DNA of 63,716 bases, filler included, from Asterionella formosa (lineage: Eukaryota), in the NCBI GenBank assembly GCA_002256025.1. It is 7 parts of 7 records of this genome, joined end to end, with 100 filler letters (N's around TTAATTAATTAA, not from the genome) between each part and the next. Parts side by side here need not be neighbours in the genome. Positions count along the whole stretch, not along the records: positions 44,325 to 63,716 come from NKIB01003686.1; 6 more parts are not named here. One strand, given 5' to 3'. Position numbers and translations under genes: made by a program. Positions 49,026 through 61,713 of this stretch are shown piece by piece. Each line of letters begins with the position of its first letter. The first letter of the stretch is position 1. A model generated the notes under the pieces. The model did no database searches. It worked only from the letters and a program-made list of their open reading frames with translations, and was not told the DNA's origin.

Positions 49026-49526
49026 TCTGTAACAAAAATATATCTACAAATTCTATCTGCCTAATTTTGAGAAAAGAATTTGCTTGTGCTTGTTCACTTT
49101 ATTTTGCATTTTGAGATTATCCTTTTACTTACCGGTATACCATACCATCAGGTACCTGGTACCATTGGTACTGATGACAATAGACACAAGAAAGTAAATT
49201 ACCGGTACCATGGTACCAGGTACCAGACCTGGTTCCAGGTAGGGCACCAGGTACCTGGTACTCTAAGGTACTCCCTGGTATTCTTATGAGATGAAGAAGG
49301 CCGCGCACATGATATTATAATAGGAGTACCTGGTACTGTACATATTGCGGTTTTTTTGCACATACATCCATTTCTGATACATACATACCGGGATATGATA
49401 TATATTAATTAAATACGTAGTTTGCGAATTATTTTATCAGGCAGAGCTCGTATACCAGCAGCAATACATCCGCAGAACTCGACATCTGTCTACCGGTACC
49501 GTTAACGGTTCTAGACTACGTTATCA

Positions 49527-49735
49527 TACCAGGTACCAGGTACCAGGTACCAGGTACCAGCTANNNNNNNNNNNNNNNNNNNNNNNNNNNNNNNNNNNNN
49601 NNNNNNNNNNNNNNNNNNNNNNNNNNNNNNNNNNNNNNNNNNNNNNNNNNNNNNNNNNNNNNNNNNNNNNNNNNNNNNNNNNNNNNNNNNNNNNNNNNNN
49701 NNNNNNNGCTACCAGCTACCAGCTACCAGCTACTG
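49527..49735. repeat. Heptamer microsatellite (TACCAGG)n switching to (TACCAGC)n across an internal gap
   Basis: Seen directly on both sides of the N run. Confidence 0.85.
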
Positions 49736-50126
49736 GTGGGATAGATAACATAGCTAACATCATAGCTACCCGTGTACATTGACGTTTGTACCAGGTCGTT
49801 ATGCTAGAATGAGAATTTCAACGAACAAGGTGTGTGGCGGTGACGTAAAGAATATTGTTGGTATGCATGGTGATGAGCAGACAGTCTATATATGCAAGGA
49901 TCAGAATGATTGGAGAAATCAGAATGTTCTCCCTCCGGGTTGTCCAATCAGACTGGTTAGCTTAGGGTTCGAGATAAGGAATTTCATTTTGCCGTCGACG
50001 AGATCTTTTCACGTGCTTGTTTCCGCTCAAGGCGACCATGGCGATTCCGTCCCCAGAACGACGGCTTCCAACACCCAGCCGCATTTCTCGGCAAGTTAGC
50101 CCCAGAAGTTGAAGCGTGTTCAGACC

Positions 50127-52115
50127 ATGGCAACTCTTGAGATGCAACCCGACACGGACACTGACGACGATAGTGATGATTCAAGCACTTCTACCGGAGC
50201 ATCCGCATCGTCGCAAACAAGGACAACTTCTACAAGCAGCAACAGCGATGACGCAAGTGAAATGAATACTGGGGATGACGAGCCGACAATAGCCGCCGAT
50301 ACGGATGATGCCGGTATGGAAGAACTGAAGACAGGACCATTCAAGAAGGAAGGATCTACTTGGACACCAGAATTGCATCGGTCGCAACTCCTGCACAAGA
50401 CGAAGTCCACTGCGGCACTTCCCAAGGCCCGCATCAAGCTCTCTTTGCGCCTGCCCACGAAGGCCAACAAGGACAAGTCCGCCATCCTCAAAAAGGAGAA
50501 CAATTGCGATGATGTTCAAACCGCTACTGTCGTTCCCACTGACGATGACGATGAAGCCGTGGCCGAAGCCGTTCCTTTCTCGGTGACCTCCTCGTTGATT
50601 CCCTCTTATACCTCAGCGCCCGCTAAGCCACCCAAGAAAAAGATTAAGCCAGTTCGAGTTCCCCCTATGTCATCACCTGGATTAATGCTGCCACACGCGA
50701 GTGGACTCTTTCGTGGCGAAACCGATACAAATGGCTTTTCATCGCCAGCCAGTGTTTTTGATCATTGCATGACACTAGCGGGTTATACCGTTGAGGAGCG
50801 AACAGAGAATCCGCATCGGGGTTCGTCAGTTAAACGAGTTGTTGGCGACATGTTTGACAGTGATGTCAAATTGACACAATCCTTTCCAAAGTTGGTTCCA
50901 ACCGAGTTAATGAATTATAAAGGCGACATCGAAAACGACAACCAAAATGAAACGCCAACATTGGGTTTTCCACTGGTTTATCTGCTCGTTCGAGCCCTTA
51001 CATCCAATACCGCGAAATTTAATCATGAAGTTGAAACATGCTTGGCTCGAAAGCGCAAGCGTCCTTGGTCCTTTCAAGAAATGATTCCACTATCGTTGAC
51101 GATTCAATACCCAGAATCGTACCTAAAGGAACGTCTAGCATATGTCAACGCAATCGAGGCGCGTGAAGCTGCAATCGTAGCCAACCAGGAAACTGTCCTC
51201 GATACAGAAAAAATCAAGGAAAAATACAATGAAGAAGTCGCTCGCAAGTCAGTTGCTGACATGCCAGCACCCCCAGCACTTCCGAAGTCCAATGACGTGC
51301 CGCCCATTCCCGAACCACCGGCTCCCCCTAAACTGGCCGATCTTGCAAAAAAATTGAACTGGCAAGTGGATGAAATGAAATATCCGCTCTGTCCGCCGAG
51401 GAATAACCCCGAATTCGTGGCACATTTGGACCCGAATTGTTTTCACATTACCGAAGGACGATATTTTGGGTTATTGACCAATCGAGTGCCAGACCCGCAC
51501 TTCTTGGGTCCAAGTGCCCCGGGGATCATGGGGTTGACAGTGTCCGCGGGAACAAGCTTGGCAACCTCTTATGTAGGACATCAATCGGCAGGGTCTGCTT
51601 CCTTAGCTAGTACTGTCTATGGCACCAGTTCAACGCAGCCACTGTCAAATGTTCCTAGTGCAAGCGACGTTGCCACTATGGTTGAACTCAGTGTGGCTGA
51701 GCCAAAGACGAAAAGTGATGTATCCAGTGCTCCGCGAATAATATTTAACAAGAAGCCATCGGGTCCTGCTCCAACGTCATCGTCGACGGAACTAAAGAAA
51801 CTTATGGAGTCCACAGGCGCAGCAAGGGAGGCAATGCGTGTTTGCATCGTGCGAGCCGCTGTACATGCTTCGCGGACTGGTCGCCACGGACAATCCTTTG
51901 TCGGAAGCAATGGTCACATCTATCCGGATGTGGCTAGAGCTTTTGCAGCGTGGGGAGATATGAAGCCCTGCGAACGTTGCAAGAACAATAAACAGGGTGC
52001 ATATCATTGTCGGCTTCGTCGAAAGCACAAAGAATTGGATCATGATGGAGGGAACTCTCCTGTGCTTTTAGCTCCATTGTTTTTGGAACCTCTCGAGGAT
52101 TTGATACACAGATAA
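50127..52115 (+). CDS. Hypothetical, probably nuclear protein with C-terminal Cys/His cluster
   Basis: Intact ORF with acidic N-terminus, basic KKKIK and RKRKR stretches and KPCERCKNNKQGAYHCRLRRKH. Confidence 0.85.
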   Translation: MATLEMQPDTDTDDDSDDSSTSTGASASSQTRTTSTSSNSDDASEMNTGDDEPTIAADTDDAGMEELKTGPFKKEGSTWTPELHRSQLLHKTKSTAALPKARIKLSLRLPTKANKDKSAILKKENNCDDVQTATVVPTDDDDEAVAEAVPFSVTSSLIPSYTSAPAKPPKKKIKPVRVPPMSSPGLMLPHASGLFRGETDTNGFSSPASVFDHCMTLAGYTVEERTENPHRGSSVKRVVGDMFDSDVKLTQSFPKLVPTELMNYKGDIENDNQNETPTLGFPLVYLLVRALTSNTAKFNHEVETCLARKRKRPWSFQEMIPLSLTIQYPESYLKERLAYVNAIEAREAAIVANQETVLDTEKIKEKYNEEVARKSVADMPAPPALPKSNDVPPIPEPPAPPKLADLAKKLNWQVDEMKYPLCPPRNNPEFVAHLDPNCFHITEGRYFGLLTNRVPDPHFLGPSAPGIMGLTVSAGTSLATSYVGHQSAGSASLASTVYGTSSTQPLSNVPSASDVATMVELSVAEPKTKSDVSSAPRIIFNKKPSGPAPTSSSTELKKLMESTGAAREAMRVCIVRAAVHASRTGRHGQSFVGSNGHIYPDVARAFAAWGDMKPCERCKNNKQGAYHCRLRRKHKELDHDGGNSPVLLAPLFLEPLEDLIHR

Positions 52116-52153
52116 CAGTTGGTAGATAATACATTGCGTGGTGTAGAAAAATT

Positions 52154-54728
52154 CTAGTGGAGTAAGTAGTCAGTTAATGGAAGTTTGATACTAAAAGCGA
52201 GCTCCATTGCTTCATACTCGTCTAGATCACAGCAGTACATCGCTGAGCTCAAATCGTTAGCATGTAATGATGTCTTCTCATCCCTCCCAATCACTCGGGT
52301 TCCTGGAATCTCGCGAAGCAGTCCCATTTCCCGCATTTGAGCGAGGCTTTCGAAGAAAACTGAAGTTCCCATTGACCGGACTATTTGACCCAAATCGGCA
52401 TCGTTGCCATCAATCTCAGGATGAATGAGGTTTTCTCCAGCTTGAACAACTCCAATAATGTTAACAAATACGGATAACATCCGTTCGAGAGAAAAACAAC
52501 GAGGACGAAGCATTTTGAGGCGTTGCTGGTCCCACGTGGTATCCGCGAACGCAGCATTCTCTGCGTGCCCCTCTCCAACGAGATGGCCAATTTTGCTATT
52601 CTTTCTACCGCTCTTCTGGTTTGTAAAAAGGTTCCTGTCCTTCTCGGCTTTGTTGCGTTGGCAAATAAATCCAGCCAGAAGCAAACACTTGGTGGCGTAC
52701 GACATGTCAGTCTTCGATTCTTTCTGATCGTTGATCACGAAGAGGCAGCTATCGATCCACACTGCCGTATGCCTGATTATTTTTTCATCAAGATATTGGA
52801 GCAACTCCCTTCGTAGCAAGTCCTGACTTGGGGTATCTCCAGCCTCACCTCCTTTCTTCAAACGATTACGCACAATCTTCAAAGTTTCCTTAATGTTGCC
52901 TTGCTCAATGGGAATCGTGTACTTCGGCCACAAACTCTGAGCCATCCGAAACATATCTCGAACATCACGAGTCGTTCCAAGCAAGGACTGAATAACAGTG
53001 TCCAAAAAGGAACTGACGAAAGCCTGTCGATTTGTTTCTTGTTGTGGATCGTGTTGAGTCCATTCCTTGGTTGGCCACACATTGTCGCCAATGCTTAGCG
53101 ACAAGTGCAGACGTGTTCGAAGAATTTCTTTGAAGCTATGCTTGTCGGTGTATGCCGGGAATTGAATCAACAATGGATGTATTGCTTCTTCTATTGTCCC
53201 AAATGACTCTGATTTCGGTGGCGGAACTGCATTGTTTACTCCTGGAAAGATAAATAGAAATGTGAGATTGTATGGATCAAGGAGGAGTAACACTTGTTTG
53301 ATCATCCATGACTGTGCATTGCTTACGAGAATGAAGAAGGAGCGAGCTTGTGCTGATACAAATAATCATCAAATTCAACCTCAACTCCTTTGGTAGCAGC
53401 AGCAGCTGCGCAAGGTAATTGCTTTGCGTACGAGCAATAGTTCTTTTCGGAGCAAGAGTCAAGAGCTTCTCTGCATGGTCTAGAACAAGAATAGCACACT
53501 CTTTTCCTTTATGGTCAATTGCTACTAGTGAATCGCCGCAGAATCGCCGTATGGATCTTCCGAAGGCGATTGGTGCATCGTATGATCGTACCCTTGATTC
53601 TCCATATGCATCATTCAGCTCCTGTTGCGTTCGGACAGGTCCTTTGGCCAAGGTGTTAGAAGCCTTGGAATCCCCTAAATTGGATTCCCTAACTCGCTTT
53701 CCAGTGCCATTAGTTTTGGCGGAGATGTCCAATGGTGTGAGTTTCCCTTCATGTTTGCTTTTTTCAAAACGATCCTCTATTTCTTCACTAATGTTTCCAT
53801 TGAATTCCTTTCCTTCCATTGATGTCACCTTTAATCCGGCATGAGCTTTGGAACGTTTTGCCGCCGACACTCGACTCGGTCTCAACCTCAGCTTTCTTTT
53901 CCTTTTCGTGTCTAGCTCCTGTTTTTGAGGTTCAAAACTCTTCACAATTTGACTAAATGCACTTTCAAGTACTGTGAATATGGAAGAGGGTGAAATTGTA
54001 GCACAATTTATGTAAGCACTACCAACGAAAGGCCGTGGATCAGAAACATTCATTTTCGAGTTCAGTTCTGTGAATGCGTTCACAATATCTCGAACAATGG
54101 ATGTCTTTGCTGTCCCCGCGGCTCCTTGAACAAAGACAGGAGGTGGGACAAACACTTCATCCAATTTTTCATGACGCGCCGTTTGTTCCACTGCAGACTG
54201 AAGCAGACTGGCGATTGCAAAAATTTGGGCATCTCGTCCTGGATATTGTTTTCGAATTTCTCCTAGCTTCGAGTCTAAATTTTGCACGGTAGTTGTACTC
54301 TGAATATCTTGTGACGTTTGATATTTTGCTATTGGTAATCCATTGTAATTGGTAGGAAATATCATACCATCATGATTCTTGACACTAGATGCTGATTGGT
54401 TGTCATTATCTGCACCTTCGATATCACCTCCCGAGATGTCTCGACTTTTCTTTTCTTTAACCAAGTTCATTTCCACTAAGCGTTCATAATTTCGCTTCAC
54501 GTTTACCTCACGCTGTTCTTCGTATGTTAAGCCGTTTGACAAATCTGATTCTGAATAATCCGAGTCTGAGGAATTTTCTTCCGCGTCGGAATATTCATCC
54601 CTTCCATCGTCAACACATCTTGGATTTGCCTGTAAAGGGGTCAATTGATTACCGGTATTACTGAAAAGAGCGGATGGTGTTGCAAATTTTATCTCTGCCC
54701 CTGGAGTAGATATCACTTTTTGTGCCAT
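52154..54728 (-). CDS. ORC5: Origin recognition complex subunit 5; exons 54728-53327 and 53241-52154
   Basis: Walker A-like VFVQGAAGTAKT, YINC, ILVLDHAEKL; C-terminal KCLLLAGFICQRNKAEKDRNLF and PRCFSLERMLSVF. Intron 53242-53326 (GTAAGC...CAG) joins the two ORFs in frame. Confidence 0.88.
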
Positions 54729-54881
54729 AGTGTTGAAGCCACAAGCTAGAACTGTAGTCAATTGGATCTATAAGAAGATAACAATGCCCAGAAAACAGTC
54801 TACGAGGATGGTATTATCGATGTCAACCAGATCGTTGATAAGGAATGATCATGAGTGCAGCTTTTGTCATTTTTTAAATCA

Positions 54882-56063
54882 GGTTCCTGATAAATGGTGC
54901 TGAAAACACGTAATCATGGAAAAGAGGAATCTATCNNNNNNNNNNNNNNNNNNNNNNNNNNNNNNNNNNNNNNNNNNNNNNNNNNNNNNNNNNNNNNNNN
55001 NNNNNNNNNNNNNNNNNNNNNNNNNNNNNNNNNNNNNNNNNNNNNNNNNNNNNNNNNNNNNNNNNNNNNNNNNNNNNNNNNNNNNNNNNNNNNNNNNNNN
55101 NNNNNNNNNNNNNNNNNNNNNNNNNNNNNNNNNNNNNNNNNNNNNNNNNNNNNNNNNNNNNNNNNNNNNNNNNNNNNNNNNNNNNNNNNNNNNNNNNNNN
55201 NNNNNNNNNNNNNNNNNNNNNNNNNNNNNNNNNNNNNNNNNNNNNNNNNNNNNNNNNNNNNNNNNNNNNNNNNNNNNNNNNNNNNNNNNNNNNNNNNNNN
55301 NNNNNNNNNNNNNNNNNNNNNNNNNNNNNNNNNNNNNNNNNNNNNNNNNNNNNNNNNNNNNNNNNNNNNNNNNNNNNNNNNNNNNNNNNNNNNNNNNNNN
55401 NNNNNNNNNNNNNNNNNNNNNNNNNNNNNNNNNNNNNNNNNNNNNNNNNNNNNNNNNNNNNNNNNNNNNNNNNNNNNNNNNNNNNNNNNNNNNNNNNNNN
55501 NNNNNNNNNNNNNNNNNNNNNNNNNNNNNNNNNNNNNNNNNNNNNNNNNNNNNNNNNNNNNNNNNNNNNNNNNNNNNNNNNNNNNNNNNNNNNNNNNNNN
55601 NNNNNNNNNNNNNNNNNNNNNNNNNNNNNNNNNNNNNNNNNNNNNNNNNNNNNNNNNNNNNNNNNNNNNNNNNNNNNNNNNNNNNNNNNNNNNNNNNNNN
55701 NNNNNNNNNNNNNNCCTGGATTCCTCAATGTTGGCAGCAAGACAATTTCTGTAAATACAAGTGCTGCAAATGTTTTGAACATTCGTTTCGATGACCAGCA
55801 CCCCATCAGTGCTCCAAGTGTGAGTGGCTGCCTCTCCAGTTACTTTTTGCTTGGATCAATTTCCAGATGTGTCAAGGAAGATACCGACAACAATTATAGT
55901 GAAGACACTAGCTAACTTGGTGGGTGCGACTGTTACTCTATAGGGTCCAAGTGGTAGCAGCCCTATTCTTTATACTACTGTTACTGACTTTAATGGCGAC
56001 TTGGTGTTCGTGAATTTGCCCAATGGCAATTATTTTGTTAAGAAAATCATCATCCCAGCATTT
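54882..56063 (+). repeat. SdrD-B-fragment repeat, copy 2 (middle part in an N gap)
   Basis: 54882-54931 matches 19706-19748 and 55715-56063 matches 20396-20746. Confidence 0.8.
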
Positions 56064-58598
56064 GCACCACTGCATCTTCCTTGTGACCCAACATGGAGCA
56101 GACCACTTCGGAAACATCTAGTACTCCTTCCTTTTACTACTAAGATGATAGCATCATGATGTATGTCTTGAATGAATCCATCACCTTCATTTTAAGCTGT
56201 TTGTTATCCTCTGATTCCTCTGTATATCTCAATGCTGTCTGTAGTGAAGCTTAATATTTATTTCAAGCAAGTTTACCAGACTTTCCGTTGCATCTTATCT
56301 TGACATTCTTATCATAGCAGAAAATTTAAAGCAACTTGTTTGATTTTACAGATATCTGGTGCTTGCTACTATTAGCTAGTATGTGTCAGGATACATAGTA
56401 CCGTACGAGGAGTCGGATTTGATATTGCGGAGACAAAATTGCGGGAACACTTCCGGGGGGATCATCTTGTGGAAAAAAATGGCAGCAGTATCGTTGGCAT
56501 CAAACCATGGTACTGGTTCCGGGTACCCTGAAACCAGATAAAAGATAACAGCAATGTATCCTACCGTGGTGGTATCAATGTAGCACCGGTATTGGTAATC
56601 CTCAAAAAACGGTACCAGTGATACTGGTGAATTCTGGTGAGTATCATTTCCATCATAACTGATAAAATAACCGGAAATACCACACCTGGAGGGCACTAAC
56701 ACACGTCAAATTTTATTATTTTGTGTACCTGGTACCTAAAGCAAAACAGCACAATAAAAATCAATATGGCAGCCTAGTGCAGGCAATGGCCACAACACCA
56801 AACCAGAGTCTAGAATTGAACAGATTGAGTGATTTGCATAGATTAAAGTACCAGAATTGACTACAGCTTCCATATGCCTATATTTAAGTGTAGATTGATG
56901 TAGATATACTGGGTAGATTTAAATATCAGTAAAAAACAGCATTGACCCATTGTTTTATCCCATTTGTTTGACTAATTCAACTAACACTTAGCTCGCCTCT
57001 CTTTGAGGTTAGTTCAGAAGTATTGATGTTGTAAGGCTTCGGTACATTAGTAGCTATCCTGTTCCTAGTTCAACTAGACGTAAAATTCAGTTTCATTGGG
57101 TGAATGCAATATAAGAAATCTTTACCATTCCTGAAAGTAATTTATATTCGTTGGTGAACATGGATTATCCTGTTCGGTTCAAAGCGAAAAGACAGAAAAT
57201 GCATGATGCTCCATACATTAATTGAACCGGTAGTCTCCCAGTACCATTCCTTGTGTGAGCCAACGAATGTGAAGCACTCCAGTATGCCGTCAAAACTACC
57301 GGTAATGGCCTATAGTTGTAGTAATATGAAGTTGCCCATTCCTACATACCGATACAGATGAAACCCAGTCAATGCTTGGCAAGCCATGTGCCTACAGGAG
57401 TATACCAGTACCAGTTACTCAATTTCCTTCCATAGTGACGTAGGCGGCATGTACAAATGAATTCAGGATTAATTTTGTCTAGTTTAAGCAAAAAATTCTT
57501 TTAGTAGTAGATTTGCTTTACCAAAAATACTCCTAAAGTACTTGAAACCAAAATTACAACTTGTCAGGACCTTTTATCCCTAATAATCTGATTTTATCAA
57601 ATTTTGGCCAGTCCTCTCCATCCCGCAAGCGCGAACTGTCAGAAGTTTCATACTTTGATTTCTTAACGGCTGCTGAGTCAGGAAATATTTGTCGGTTTTC
57701 GAATGTGTATATGTAGAAGCAGTATTTATATATATATATATATATATATATGATAATCATATGTTGAAATTATAGCGCTTTAGTTCCTGGCATGCTCAAG
57801 TACTGCTGAAGGCAATACAAACCCGAGGTGGTCTCTTCCCTGCAAGTATACATTAATGCTTACTTTGAACACATTACAATATTATCTCTGCAGACTCGGT
57901 ATTATTGTTACATGACCAGAATGTTAAATTATACCATGCACATATTGATTGATTTTACATACCATATGCCTGATTTCGTCCTCGCAATTATAATACTCAC
58001 TCTATCCTGCCTGCCATTGCTCAATTCGGGCGGGCTTGCAACAGGAACTTTCGACTTTCTTATGCCCCCATTGTCTGCTGCGTGTTATGCTTATTAGAGC
58101 GGATCGGTGAGTACAACAGTCAAACACTGAGTGTGATCATAGATACAAATTGTCGAAGTTCCGATTTGATTGCTTCCATGGTTGGTTTTGATCGCTTCTA
58201 TTGTTCTTTGTCGTTCCGCGCTGTCGTTTTGATTTGATTGTAACTATCTTCAAAAGGGCCGATGTATGCATCAATGCCTACGATTTGACAACGTATTGTT
58301 GTTGATTTGTAAAGTCGTTGACCATGATGTCAATATCGCCACCAAGCAATGCTTTTCTTGTACTAACGCGCTTTGCTACCTTTCTACTACGAGTTCATAT
58401 CACAAGCTACATAAAAATACTCAGCTAGAGGATGTCAATAGTGCTGGAGCTTCCTGACTATCAGGATCAATCAGAACGGATTGGAATGAAATGATCAGGG
58501 ATGCTGTTTGATGGGAGGAATGCCTGTGGCGGAAAGAATGCTACTACTGTTCTCAGGCTATTACAGCGATGTGCATGGTTGCAGCAACCAGATCATCT

Positions 58599-58950
58599 AC
58601 CAAAAAAATGTCAATTAAATTTTATAGTACATTCAAGCTATCCAATAATTGCACTCGGGCCCACCACAAAAATGTCAATTAAATTTTATAGCACATTCAA
58701 GCTATCCAATAATTGCACTTGGGCACACCAAATAGGTGGACACAATTAGTACCGGTTTTATTCGTCCTTACAATATAAATGGATCTGTCTTTTTGTCAGC
58801 CACACACCCGGAACCCTAGGGACTACATGAAAAAGACAGGTTGAGAATGCAGGAATCGAACCTTCCACCACAGTGGGTGTGCTAACCATTAAGCCATTCC
58901 CCCAACCAGATCATCGACACTACATAACGATGCAGGTCTAATTGGTTTCC
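58599..58950 (-). repeat. Dispersed repeat with tRNA-like head, copy A; includes a 64-bp tandem duplication at 58599-58730
   Basis: Colinear with ~63200-63435. Confidence 0.7.
58841..58903 (-). ncRNA. Miniature tRNA-like sequence / Pol III promoter (not a canonical tRNA)
   Basis: A box TGGCTTAATGG, B box GGTTCGATTCC, reduced anticodon arm, T5 run just downstream. Confidence 0.55.
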
Positions 58951-59007
58951 GCTTTTTTCGGCCTTTGATTCTTGTGTGGTAATGGAAAGTCAATGTTGCC
59001 TGTGTAA

Positions 59008-60699
59008 GAGCATCTCCACCGCATCGACCAAATACCATGCCAATTGCAGTTGGGAGTCATTACACGTCATGATGTGTTCTCTTGCTCGAAAAAGCAAAAA
59101 CTTTTTAGCCACCGCATCGACCAAGACCAAATAAACTTTGGTCTTGATTGAGAATGACCCCCTGATCGTCCAAATATCAGGTATTTGGTCGATTAGACTC
59201 CGACCTTAGCAAAACAAAGGAAGCGTTTCTATTGGTCAAGATTATGGCTTGCGCCGGCTTCATAACGTCGACTGTTTAATTGATCCACAAAGGCTTACAA
59301 TACACATTTACTTTACTCTCTTAATAAAGAAAAATAATAAACTTAGCAAGTACAAATACCGGGGCGGAATAAACCGGCAGCTATCTATAAAACTATCTCA
59401 TGCATAAAATGTGACATCTTGCTGAATGTTGTCCTTCAAGTCTTTGACAGTCCCAATAAGATGATATCGTCATCCATTGGCGTCAAAGCAGGATGCTACA
59501 TGAGTAGGAGCAGCAGCACTAGCAGCAGCCAATGAAGATGATTCATCGTCGATTTCAGACAAGACCAAAGTTGGATTATTTTGGCGCTGTCAAGAGTGAC
59601 AATCGATAACGATGTGCGAGTTTTGTCTAGGCAGCATTGTCCCTCATGTACCGTGATGTGTCATCATTGGCAGACTGCTGCATGTCCCTGACTAGTATTA
59701 ATATCTCCTTCCCTTACCTGCAGATCAACATCAAGCTCAAGTTTGCTCAGCATTATGTGAAGTTATGCCATGGGTATATTGTGTAACAGTTTACAGTTTC
59801 GATGGTCGATTAATCAGCTGAAGGATTTTAAAAAAGTATCCAAGAGAGTTGCGCCAATCAGCAAAGGGCTTCACGTCAATAAAGGCAATGTTGTTTAAGG
59901 AACAAAGTGAAGGAGGGAATAGGTGTGATCCAATTGAATCTCAATAATTCAAGTGCTTCAACTACTCCACTGTCCCACCTGTCATCCACCACTGATGATT
60001 TTGATGTAATGGATGACTCCAAAAGAAGAAATAAAAAATAGATTACATGTCGATGCTAGTATGATTGATTAGAAAGCTATCACTCTAGCTAATTGGAAAA
60101 ACGGAAGTGTATCTCTGTTCTAGAATACCAATATACAAATGGATAGTCATATTAGTTTTTGACGGGCAGTTTAAATAGGCGTAGTACTAGCTGCGTAAGA
60201 ATAAGGAATTTACAGGAAATGTGATGCTACTAATATTCAAAAAACTACAGGTACAGACTAGCCAAGCAACTTCCTTTGATCTTCCGCCTCCTCCTTCATT
60301 TGCCTTTTCTCGTTTTCTTCCTGTATATGTATAACCGTTATGTGCAGAAGTGTGGGAGCGGTCGCTTGTCATCTGATGAGTCGCTATTATTGCTCATTTC
60401 ATCAGGCAGATATGTATGAGTACCCTGGTACCATACACCACATAGTCCCATCATTTTCTTATTGGTAGTAATCGGGTTTACCAATATAAGGATACACATT
60501 TAACAACATTCTAGTGCTATTTCTTTTCGCTAAAAGTTTCGGCGCAAGATTTGAGTATTCTAGCTAGGAATTGGTCGATGCAGTGGGGAAAAACATGAAA
60601 AATTCGACTGTTGATAAAAAAATTCTTATCCAAGTGACGTGCATTGATTTTTTCAACTGCAATTGGCTTTGGTATTTGGTCAATGCAGTGGAGATGCTC
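59008..60699. mobile_element. Complete non-autonomous PIF/Harbinger (Tourist-like) element
   Basis: ~45-bp TIRs beginning GAGCATCTCCAC; TAA target duplication at 59005-59007 and 60700-60702; subterminal copies of the TIR core at ~59110 and ~60571. Confidence 0.92.
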
Positions 60700-61713
60700 T
60701 AAGTACTACAATGTCACAATGCATACATCTCCATTGAAACTCCTATTTTTTACTTCATTTCTAACCCATAACAATTTTTTCTATTTCTTATTTGATGCTA
60801 CTGATTACATCGCATTTCATACATTGGTTGCTTCAAACATTATGTTCAATTTTCATTGATGTTGCATGTTTTTACAATCATTCTCGTGTGTTTTACACTT
60901 GTTGTACTATANNNNNNNNNNNNNNNNNNNNNNNNNNNNNNNNNNNNNNNNNNNNNNNNNNNNNNNNNNNNNNNNNNNNNNNNNNNNNNNNNNNNNNNNN
61001 NNNNNNNNNNNNNNNNNNNNNNNNNNNNNNNNNNNNNNNNNNNNNNNNNNNNNNNNNNNNNNNNNNNNNNNNNNNNNNNNNNNNNNNNNNNNNNNNNNNN
61101 NNNNNNNNNNNNNNNNNNNNNNNNNNNNNNNNNNNNNNNNNNNNNNNNNNNNNNNNNNNNNNNNNNNNNNNNNNNNNNNNNNNNNNNNNNNNNNNNNNNN
61201 NNNNNNNNNNNNNNNNNNNNNNNNNNNNNNNNNNNNNNNNNNNNNNNNNNNNNNNNNNNNNNNNNNNNNNNNNNNNNNNNNNNNNNNNNNNNNNNNNNNN
61301 NNNNNNNNNNNNNNNNNNNNNNNNNNNNNNNNNNNNNNNNNNNNNNNNNNNNNNNNNNNNNNNNNNNNNNNNNNNNNNNNNNNNNNNNNNNNNNNNNNNN
61401 NNNNNNNNNNNNNNNNNNNNNNNNNNNNNNNNNNNNNNNNNNNNNNNNNNNNNNNNNNNNNNNNNNNNNNNNNNNNNNNNNNNNNNNNNNNNNNNNNNNN
61501 NNNNNNNNNNNNNNNNNNNNNNNNNNNNNNNNNNNNNNNNNNNNNNNNNNNNNNNNNNNNNNNNNNNNNNNNNNNNNNNNNNNNNNNNNNNNNNNNNNNN
61601 NNNNNNNNNNNNNNNNNNNNNNNNNNNNNNNNNNNNNNNNNNNNNNNNNNNNNNNNNNNNNTTGACATTCGTGCGTACTTGACCATACTAGTTTTGAATC
61701 AGCACTGGCTTCC

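Noticed and set aside
49527..49560. Telomeric repeat
   Set aside because: Internal position between two genes, and the same unit is scattered in both orientations elsewhere.
54894..55806. Long ORFs across N runs (also 60792-61846)
   Set aside because: Artefacts of translating gaps.
58841..58903. Functional tRNA gene
   Set aside because: Too short, no 7-nt anticodon loop on a 5-bp stem, and the loop is not conserved in the second copy.
60374..60410. Hammerhead core at CTGATGAG
   Set aside because: No stem II followed by GAAA.
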